Assembly: GCA_037147155.1 (NCBI GenBank)
Contig: JBAWVR010000002.1
Coordinates: 1 to 38,573, forward strand
Direction of reading: 5' to 3'
DNA from: a bacterium
GTDB lineage: Bacteria > Patescibacteriota > Minisyncoccia > Phycocordibacterales > GWA1-40-21
DNA: 38,573 nt
In this document: positions 25,302-32,689 of the stretch, one piece after another
Layout of the letters: each line of letters begins with the position of its first letter
How positions within the stretch are numbered: the first letter of the stretch is position 1
Translations under genes and position numbers: made by a program
Notes under the pieces: model-generated
Seen by the model: only the letters and a program-made list of their open reading frames with translations
The model's database searches: none
What the model was told of the DNA's origin: nothing

Positions 25302-25439
25302 CGGGAGAGAGACTTGGTCAGGCGTTCTTGGTTCGTCGTCACTCACCAAGCCGCACGACCCTGACTCGTGCTGGGATTCTGCTGAATCCCGACTTCGCTA
25401 CGCTCCGTGCACTCCGTCCTTCAAGTCTCTCTCCCGGCA
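25302..25439 (-). repeat. tRNA-matched trailing module, unit G1 (long form)
   Basis: 25420-25439 is a perfect 20/20 inverted copy of the tRNA-Leu(CAA) 3' end. Minus strand: GGACGGAGTGCACGGAGCGTAGCGAAGTC, a hairpin, AGCACGAGTCAGGGTCGTG, a hairpin with a GTGACGAC loop, CCTGACCAAG, and the direct copy tctctctcccgg. Confidence 0.75.
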
Positions 25440-25480
25440 CATATAAAACAAAAAAGCGCTCTGCGCGCTCTTTTAGTTTG
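25440..25480 (-). terminator. intrinsic terminator after tRNA-Leu(CAA)
   Basis: Minus strand aaaagagcgc gcaga gcgctttttt. Confidence 0.8.
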
Positions 25481-25563
25481 TGCCGGGAGAGAGACTTGAA
25501 CTCTCACGAGCTTGCGCCCGATAGATTTTGAGTCTATTGCGTCTACCATTCCGCCATCCCGGC
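25481..25563 (-). tRNA. tRNA-Leu (anticodon CAA)
   Basis: Minus strand gccgggatggcggaatggtag..tagactcaaaatcta..long variable arm..gagagttcaagtctctctcccggca. Confidence 0.9.
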
Positions 25564-25713
25564 ATTTACCTTTGAGATTCAAAGGCAAAATCAGTTTATC
25601 ATAAATGTTTTTAGAGGACAAGATGTTTTGACAATGTGATATAATGTGTGTTATACTAACTTTAGAGTTCTCTAACGTTTCCAGTATTAACCCAGGATGA
25701 AAGGAAGTGCCTC

Positions 25714-26247
25714 ATGAAAATCATGTTATCACCAATCGCTAGTCTGAAATGTGGTGTCGATTCGACACTGCTGGCAGGACTCATTGATGGAGGAGCTATC
25801 GAAGTTTCTGAAATAGCTCAGAGTTCCGTCGAAGCGGCGATGAAGGATGTTGTGAATGAGACTGCCAGCAAAAGTTTTCTTGTCTATTCATTGGCCGATT
25901 GGCTCGAAGCTCACAAGAATGAAAACATCTTGTTTGACAACTTGCCACAACCCAGTGACATCCTTCGAATCGCTTTCGAGGTGCACACCTATATTCCCAA
26001 AAGAAATACGGTGTTCATTATTCCGACTGTGATCGAACCAGAAGTTGAAGACCCCCACAAACAGATCATCACGGTTGATCGTTACCTGGCAGTGTTGGTG
26101 GAAAATATCCACGGCGGGTGGCATCATGTCATTCGAACTGTTCAGGTGGGTCGGTTGCCATCCTTTCTTGAAGACAAGAATTTCGACGTTTACATTGTCG
26201 GGCTCGAACCTCAAACTGTACCTGACATCAAAACCCTGCTTGGGTAA
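25714..26247 (+). CDS. hypothetical protein (orphan)
   Basis: 177-aa ORF with an SD (aaaggaag) and a GC-rich GCCGGC-stem terminator. No family recognised. Confidence 0.6.
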   Translation: MKIMLSPIASLKCGVDSTLLAGLIDGGAIEVSEIAQSSVEAAMKDVVNETASKSFLVYSLADWLEAHKNENILFDNLPQPSDILRIAFEVHTYIPKRNTVFIIPTVIEPEVEDPHKQIITVDRYLAVLVENIHGGWHHVIRTVQVGRLPSFLEDKNFDVYIVGLEPQTVPDIKTLLG

Positions 26248-26262
26248 TCAGTGGAGCAATGT

Positions 26263-26301
26263 GGCCGGCGGAAATCATTTCCGCCGGCCCATTTTCTTTT
26301 T
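26263..26301 (+). terminator. intrinsic terminator
   Basis: ggccggcggaaat c atttccgccggcc followed by cattttctttt. Confidence 0.85.
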
Positions 26302-26399
26302 AAAATTTTGCAAAAAATTTCTCCACATTTTCTCCACTTTTGTCACTTTTTCTTTTCTACTTTTTAATGCTAAAATACTCTCATAATAATAAAAATAAT

Positions 26400-27566
26400 A
26401 TGGTTCAATTTTTCAATGATTCAATCTTTTGGGTAGAAGTCGAGAAGATCAAACCCAATCCATATCAGCCGAGAAAAGAGTTTGATGATGCCAAACTCAA
26501 TGATTTGTCTGACTCTATTCGTCAGTACGGTATCTTGCAACCACTGGTGGTCACCCGTAAAGAAATTACCACCGAGGATGGGGGATTGGCTGTAGAGTAC
26601 GAACTCATCTCCGGTGAACGCCGTTTGCGCGCTTCCAAGCTAGCCGGCTTGTCTCAAGTGCCGGTTTTGATCAAAGCTTCTGAAGACAATGACTTGGTAA
26701 AGTTGGAATTGGCAATTATTGAGAACTTGCAACGTGAAGATTTGAATGTAGTTGACCGTGCTCGCTCTTTCCAAAAGTTGGCTGATGAATTTGGTTTGAA
26801 ACATGCCCAGATTGCCCAAAAGGTAGGTAAGAGTCGTGAGTATGTTTCCAACAGTTTACGTGTGCTCGCTTTGCAACCAAGTATTTTAGATGCTCTTTCT
26901 GCTGGTAAGATTTCTGAAGGCCACACTCGACCGCTTCTTATGTTAGCTGACCGACCGGAAGAACAAGACACTTTGTTTAAAGAAATTATTTACAAGCGTT
27001 TGACTGTGCGTGAAGCCGAGGCTATCTCAAGACGTGTTGCCTATGATAAGGTGCGCAAGAAGGAATACATTGTTGATCCTGAAATCTTGGAGATGGAAGA
27101 AAAAATGGCTGAATCATTTGGTACTAGAGTAAAAATTGAACGCAAAGAAACTGGTGGCAAGGTAACTATCGACTTCTTCTCGAACAAAGATTTGCACGAA
27201 ATCCTAGACGTGGCCATGGGACAAAAGAAAATTACCGATCCACATGCTGTACTCAATCGTCATATCAGTGATGTGGCCGCCAAAGAAAAAGAGTCCGCAC
27301 CAGTCGTTGCTCCAGTTCCACAACCCGTAACAGTTTCTTCAGAAGTTGTTGCTACAATAACTCCTGAGGCGGAAGCTGAAGTCCGACCAGATACTATTGA
27401 GCATGTGGCTCCATTTATTGAAACAGCTATTGTAAATAATATTATGGCGGAGACACCGATCGAGACACCAATCGAGGAATTGGATGATCGATCAAAAGAA
27501 GAAATCGCTCAGGCCAATAATACCGATGACGATGATATCTATTCTGTAAAGAATTTCTCAATCTAA
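26400..27566 (+). CDS. parB: ParB/Spo0J-family partition protein with a long acidic C-terminal extension
   Basis: Start taken at MVQFFND. ParB box ISGERRLRASKLAGL, ENLQREDLN, and an HTH (AQKVGKSREYVSNSLR). No parA gene is adjacent. Confidence 0.85.
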   Translation: MVQFFNDSIFWVEVEKIKPNPYQPRKEFDDAKLNDLSDSIRQYGILQPLVVTRKEITTEDGGLAVEYELISGERRLRASKLAGLSQVPVLIKASEDNDLVKLELAIIENLQREDLNVVDRARSFQKLADEFGLKHAQIAQKVGKSREYVSNSLRVLALQPSILDALSAGKISEGHTRPLLMLADRPEEQDTLFKEIIYKRLTVREAEAISRRVAYDKVRKKEYIVDPEILEMEEKMAESFGTRVKIERKETGGKVTIDFFSNKDLHEILDVAMGQKKITDPHAVLNRHISDVAAKEKESAPVVAPVPQPVTVSSEVVATITPEAEAEVRPDTIEHVAPFIETAIVNNIMAETPIETPIEELDDRSKEEIAQANNTDDDDIYSVKNFSI

Positions 27567-27570
27567 AAGG

Positions 27571-27606
27571 AAAAACACCCTGGCCACGGCTAGGGTGTTT
27601 CGTTTT
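27571..27606. terminator. bidirectional hairpin between convergent genes
   Basis: acaccct ggccacggct agggtgt flanked by an A-run and a T-run. Confidence 0.7.
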
Positions 27607-27886
27607 GTGATAGGTTGGACAGAAATGCGTAGAATTCCTGTGGGATTTCCTCTTCGTCAGAAAATCTCACAAAGTATTCTGCTGTTTCGGAACCAAATGA
27701 AGTTTTTTGAAGGTGTGGACGAAATATTGTGTGATTGATACCAATTTCATCCAACATATGGCAGGCGAGTGGTAGAGTCGTCTCACCTTCATTGATTTCC
27801 CTCGCTTCCGAACTGTAGAGAATGGTGTCTTTGCCACCGCTTATGGCCAAGAAAATCACCACTGTGACATTTTTGTATCCGAACAT
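27590..27886 (-). CDS. hypothetical 98-aa protein (orphan)
   Basis: The in-frame ATG at 27886 is preceded by aaaggggg. No family recognised. Confidence 0.45.
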   Translation of the reverse strand: MFGYKNVTVVIFLAISGGKDTILYSSEAREINEGETTLPLACHMLDEIGINHTIFRPHLQKTSFGSETAEYFVRFSDEEEIPQEFYAFLSNLSQNETP

Positions 27887-27997
27887 GATTTCCCCCTTTG
27901 TTGAAAGTGCTAGTTTGTTTTCTATAATAAGCTTACTCTCGATTTTTTGACTGGTCAAGAATTAGAAAACCAAGCAGTTAGGCTCGGTTTTCTAATT

Positions 27998-30184
27998 TTA
28001 CTTTTCTAGTTTGTCTGGTCGATTGTTTGCACAGAGTTTGTTTGAACATCTGTCAGGAATAGTCTTGGTTCCGACCATCATCAAATCGCCGCACAATTTA
28101 CATATTTCACCAGTTGGTTTGGACTTAATGATGTATTTACAGTCTGGATAATTGGTACAGCTATAGAAGAAACCAAAACGTCCACGTTTTTGGGTCATCA
28201 AACCGTCTTTACATTTTGGACATTTAACGCCGGTAGAATTTAGTTTCTCAGCCTCCAAATCTTTTTTGATGAATTTACATTTTGGGTAGTTGGCACAAGC
28301 TACAAAGCGACCAAACTTTCCATCACGTTCTACGAGATTGGCTTTGCCACATTGAGGACAGAGTTCGCCAGTATCTTTTGGACCAGTCATCTCTTCACCA
28401 GTGATAGTTCTAGCTCCATCACAATCAGGATATTTAGCACAGCTCAAAAACTTGCCGGAGCGACCGAGTTTGATGATCATTGGGCCCTGACACTTTGGAC
28501 ATTTCCATTTAGCATCGGCGTCACCTAGACTGGTGATCTTATCACTCTTTTCTTTGGCTTTGACGTCCTTTAAGAATGGACCATAAAAATCTTTCAAAGT
28601 TTTCAAATATTCAGCTTTACCTTCGGCGATGAAGTCTAGCTTGTCTTCCATTTCTGCAGTAAAAGTATCACTGATATATTCAGCAAAATTTTTCTCAAGA
28701 AAATCACTAACCACTTCACCAGTATCAGTTGGGTGCAAGGCTTTTTCTTGTTTTTCTACATAACCACGGTCTTGAATCGTTTTAATGATAGACGCATAGG
28801 TAGATGGACGGCCAATACCACGCTTTTCCAATTCTTTGATTAGCCCTGCTTCACTATAGTGAGCTGGTGGCTCAGTACTTTTCTGTGTATCAGTCAAATC
28901 CAGCAATTTCAATTTTTCGCCGACAGTCATAGCCGGCAATTCAACTTCTTCACCACGAGCATCAGTCTCAGCCGCGAGCCAGCCAGGGAAAATAATTCTA
29001 TTGCCATTGGCAGAGAAAATTATTTCTTCTTTATCACCAATATTTACAGACACCTTGGTACGACTGATTTTGGCATCAGCCATCTGGCAGGCGAGCACAC
29101 GATTACGAATCAAACGATATAATTTTTCTTGCTCGGTATTAAGATTGCCGATATGGTCTTTGGAGATATCGGTGGGGCGAATAGCTTCGTGCGCTTCTTG
29201 AGCGTTCTTGCTCTTCTTGGTGAAGACGCGAGGTGAGACATATTCATTACCAAAATCTTTGGCAATCAAAGCGTGAATTTTGGGCAATGCCTCTTTGGAC
29301 AAGTTGGTGCTGTCGGTACGCATATAGGTGATGAGACCAGATTCGTAAAGTTTCTGAGCAATACCCATAGTACGTGATGGGGCAAAACCGAGACGTGATG
29401 AGGCCGACTGTTGCAGTGTGGAAGTGGTAAAAGGGGCCTTAGGAGAGCGTTTAGCTTCGGCTTCAGTCAAATCAGCGACAATCCAGTCCTTGGACTTACC
29501 TAGAGCCAGAATCTTTTCAACTCGTTCTTTGGTTTCTGGTTTTTCTTCACACTCCAAAGTCAGAGCCACTTTTTTCTGAGTTTCAGTTTGGGCAGTTAGG
29601 ACCCAATATATTTGCGGAATAAAAGCGCGGATTTCGCGTTCACGTTCCATAATGATGCGGAGGGCCGGGGATTGAACACGACCGGCGGATAGGCCATAAC
29701 GAACTTTCTTCCAAATGAGACCTGACAAATCATAACCAACGAGACGGTCTAATACGCGACGAGCTTCTTGGGCTTGTCTTAGATTGTCATCAATTTGGCG
29801 CGGATGTTCCAAAGCTTCTTTCACAGCATTTTCAGTAATTTCATGAAAGGCAATACGCTTTGGTTTTTTGAGACCAATGGTTTCCTTCAAGTGCCAAGCA
29901 ATAGCTTCACCTTCACGGTCGGGGTCAGTCGCTAAAATCACTTCGTCAGCGTCTTTAGCTAGGGCGCGGAGTTCGGCTACAACTTTTTCTTTGCCCGGGG
30001 AGATTTCGTAGTGCGGGATAAAACCACCTTCGATATCGATGGCTTTTTTATTACTTTTTGGGAGATCACGAATATGACCAACGCTCGCTTTAACGACGTA
30101 ATCCTTGCCGGCATATTTGGAAATAGTATGAGCCTTGGCGGGGGACTCAACAATCAATAATTTAAAATTATTTTTGGTACGCAT
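27998..30184 (-). CDS. topA: DNA topoisomerase I
   Basis: Start taken at MRTKNNFKLLIVESPAKA (Toprim). Type IA core, plus four C-terminal CxxC..CxxC zinc ribbons. Confidence 0.95.
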   Translation of the reverse strand: MRTKNNFKLLIVESPAKAHTISKYAGKDYVVKASVGHIRDLPKSNKKAIDIEGGFIPHYEISPGKEKVVAELRALAKDADEVILATDPDREGEAIAWHLKETIGLKKPKRIAFHEITENAVKEALEHPRQIDDNLRQAQEARRVLDRLVGYDLSGLIWKKVRYGLSAGRVQSPALRIIMEREREIRAFIPQIYWVLTAQTETQKKVALTLECEEKPETKERVEKILALGKSKDWIVADLTEAEAKRSPKAPFTTSTLQQSASSRLGFAPSRTMGIAQKLYESGLITYMRTDSTNLSKEALPKIHALIAKDFGNEYVSPRVFTKKSKNAQEAHEAIRPTDISKDHIGNLNTEQEKLYRLIRNRVLACQMADAKISRTKVSVNIGDKEEIIFSANGNRIIFPGWLAAETDARGEEVELPAMTVGEKLKLLDLTDTQKSTEPPAHYSEAGLIKELEKRGIGRPSTYASIIKTIQDRGYVEKQEKALHPTDTGEVVSDFLEKNFAEYISDTFTAEMEDKLDFIAEGKAEYLKTLKDFYGPFLKDVKAKEKSDKITSLGDADAKWKCPKCQGPMIIKLGRSGKFLSCAKYPDCDGARTITGEEMTGPKDTGELCPQCGKANLVERDGKFGRFVACANYPKCKFIKKDLEAEKLNSTGVKCPKCKDGLMTQKRGRFGFFYSCTNYPDCKYIIKSKPTGEICKLCGDLMMVGTKTIPDRCSNKLCANNRPDKLEK

Positions 30185-30249
30185 GGGTTTGTTCTTTCCA
30201 GTATTACACGAAAACACACATTCTGGCAAATTAATGAAATCTTTTTATG

Positions 30250-31149
30250 CTATTTTTTATAAATTTCACCAGCATTTTCTTTAATCATTCCTTTGAGCTC
30301 CATGAGGGTTAGAACTTGATTGAGATCCCGAGCTGATAGTCCAGACCGACGAGATAGTTCATCTCGGTCAACAGGAGTGTCCAAACATTGTAGAATTCGA
30401 ATTTCATTTGGCGAACAATCGGTTAAATCAAGTTTCTTTTGTATATTGTCACCAACAGATGCTAACCCAAAAGCTTCTAAAATATCTTGTGAAGAAGTTA
30501 TCGGTATAGCGCCAAGTTTGAGTAGTAGATTTGGTCCTTCAGAAGTGTCGGAGAAAATTGAACCCGGTACGGTCATCACATCACGATTGTAGTCAGTGGC
30601 CAGTCTAGCTGTGATTAATGTACCTGATTTAATTTCAGCTTCAATCACGAGTACCGCATCAGCTAGTCCAGCCATTAAACGATTGCGTCTAGGGAAGCTC
30701 CAGGCAGTGGCATGAAAGTCTGGTTCGTACTCTGATAGGAGTAATCCACCACAATCTAAAATCTTTTCCGCTAGTCTCTTATTAGATGAAGGATAAATCA
30801 CTTTCTCATCCAGTCCTGAGCCAGGAATCGCCATAGTCAAAATATTATTATCAATTGCTGTCTCGTGAGCAATGGTATCGATACCGAGTGCTAGTCCAGA
30901 TAATATAACAATCGGGTAACCAGCGAGACCTCTAATCAATTTCTCACACACCTCACGTCCATAGGTAGTAAATTTTCTCGAACCCACCACAGCCAAAACT
31001 CTCATCCCTTTGTTTGGCCAAGTGCCACGATAAAAGAGCTTTTTAGGTGGCTCGGGAATTTCCTTTAATTTATTCGGAATTTCGTTGCTGTCCAATTGCT
31101 CAATTTTAAAATCTACGAAAGTGCTCATATATTGAAAATATTTTAACAT
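30250..31149 (-). CDS. dprA: DNA-processing protein DprA (Smf)
   Basis: VVGSRKFTTYG.., SGLALGIDTIAHE, GSGLD..YP and a C-terminal winged-helix-like region. The conserved dprA-topA pairing is present. Confidence 0.85.
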   Translation of the reverse strand: MLKYFQYMSTFVDFKIEQLDSNEIPNKLKEIPEPPKKLFYRGTWPNKGMRVLAVVGSRKFTTYGREVCEKLIRGLAGYPIVILSGLALGIDTIAHETAIDNNILTMAIPGSGLDEKVIYPSSNKRLAEKILDCGGLLLSEYEPDFHATAWSFPRRNRLMAGLADAVLVIEAEIKSGTLITARLATDYNRDVMTVPGSIFSDTSEGPNLLLKLGAIPITSSQDILEAFGLASVGDNIQKKLDLTDCSPNEIRILQCLDTPVDRDELSRRSGLSARDLNQVLTLMELKGMIKENAGEIYKK

Positions 31150-31160
31150 TTATTTTAAAA

Positions 31161-31196
31161 AATTAAAAAACAGGGTCCCAGTCATCTGGAACCCTG
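31161..31196 (-). terminator. intrinsic terminator of the 379-aa ORF
   Basis: Minus strand cagggttccag atgac tgggaccctg plus tttttt. Confidence 0.75.
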
Positions 31197-31236
31197 CGTG
31201 ATCAAAAGTGATCAGTAAAGTACTATTTCTTTTTCT

Positions 31237-32376
31237 TCAATGCGTCAAGGTTGGCTTGAGCTTCTGCCGCGGCCTTCTTGGCAGCACGAAGTGTATTTCT
31301 GCGATCCTTTCTTGCTTGTTCGACAGATTTATTTCGGTGTCTATGAGTTCAGCTAACCTGATCTTTCGAAGGATTTCCCAACGAATAATCAGTCTGGCAG
31401 AGGGAGAGCCGTGAGCAAAGGATTCTTCAGTGATAGACATCCCATTATTAATGGGAACGTCATCATCGTCTTCAGTTCTTTGTCTCGCAGCCTCTTCAAC
31501 GACTTGTCTCAGCACCTTGATGTGGTTGCGGCTGAGTTTCGCCAGAAGCTTTTCGTTGTCATCAAACACGTCAAGCATTCGAATGTCCGCCAAAAGTTCG
31601 AGCATCCAAATTCGAGTCTCACGGATTCTTTGCTGAAATGCCGACTTTCTTTCAGCAATCTCATATCTCTCTTGGAGTGAACGCCATCTGTCATCGTTCG
31701 CGCTCCACTTCCACAAGAAAACCGTGAATTTTCTGAGAAAGTCGCACATAATCTCTTCATTGTGCGACAATTTTTCGGAATTCTTTCCCGACCAGCGTAA
31801 ATTTTTTGCAACACCCTTTTCGGTTCTAAGAAAACTTTTCAGGTGTGGATAAAAATTTTCCTCAAGAAGGGAAAACCAGAATTCAGCAAAACGATTTCTG
31901 TCGACATAAAGTTCTCGATCTTTGAAGAAGTTCTGGCAGAGCTGATTGAAGGCTTTTTCGGCAAGTGAGGCCTTGATCTTGCTTATGCTTTTACTTACCT
32001 GCTTGTCGTCCTCCATCCAATAGACTTTATAGTCGTTCTGGTCGATGATATTCTTACCATCTGGAAAGTCGTAGTTGACCAGTCGTCCTTCAGTCAGTCT
32101 CAAATAAAAGATTATTCTGTCCATGTAGGTGAATTCCGGTTCGCGCCAGTCCAATCTGCTGATTGGGACGGTGAAGCCATCGAAGATGCGAGAGCTGATG
32201 TCGTTGATACAACCATCCTGTCTCGCGCGTTCAAAACGCTTCAACCAATCATACCAATTTGCAATTGGGAGGATTGGCTTTTCCCACATCAGAGGATGTA
32301 CATCCGCTGGTGGAATCAGACTTTTAGGTTCAGGTTCTTGTCTGGATGCCTTGTCGAGCCCGATTCGTTCTTTCAT
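31237..32376 (-). CDS. hypothetical 379-aa protein (orphan)
   Basis: Long ORF with an aaggag SD and its own terminator. Trp- and Arg-rich helical sequence with an acidic DDDD patch. No family recognised. Confidence 0.65.
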   Translation of the reverse strand: MKERIGLDKASRQEPEPKSLIPPADVHPLMWEKPILPIANWYDWLKRFERARQDGCINDISSRIFDGFTVPISRLDWREPEFTYMDRIIFYLRLTEGRLVNYDFPDGKNIIDQNDYKVYWMEDDKQVSKSISKIKASLAEKAFNQLCQNFFKDRELYVDRNRFAEFWFSLLEENFYPHLKSFLRTEKGVAKNLRWSGKNSEKLSHNEEIMCDFLRKFTVFLWKWSANDDRWRSLQERYEIAERKSAFQQRIRETRIWMLELLADIRMLDVFDDNEKLLAKLSRNHIKVLRQVVEEAARQRTEDDDDVPINNGMSITEESFAHGSPSARLIIRWEILRKIRLAELIDTEINLSNKQERIAEIHFVLPRRPRQKLKPTLTH

Positions 32377-32689
32377 GGTCGTTCTCCTTCGATACTTTGG
32401 GTTATGCCCCGCGCTATTGGCGGGACGGTTTTAGCTTCGTCTCATTTGAGACGAGCTTCTTGTTGCTAAAAAATTGGCAATAAAAAGCTCGCCTCAAAAA
32501 CATGATGTTAATGAGCTGTTTGTTCTGAATACACACTTCCACTCTAGTTGTGTTTAGTCAAAGGATTGTTGGCTGTAATTTGCGGAGCAAATTCCAGCCT
32601 GAATTTCACCATTTCCCGTGACTTTTTCCTAGTTTTCTTATATTATAGAGAAGTATTATTAATTAGGCCGATAGGCCACACCACATTTT

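Noticed and set aside
8961-25563. A CRISPR array or other regular repeat-spacer structure among the repeated motifs.
   Set aside because: The repeats are not regularly spaced. They are tied to tRNA genes, differ in length and have locus-specific arms. No cas genes are present.
32377-32689. A possible T-box leader upstream of serS.
   Set aside because: There is no T-box consensus (AAnnnGGGTGGTACCGCG-like) and no specifier-loop/terminator-antiterminator arrangement on the plus strand. The hairpins fit better as the leader of the divergent 379-aa gene.
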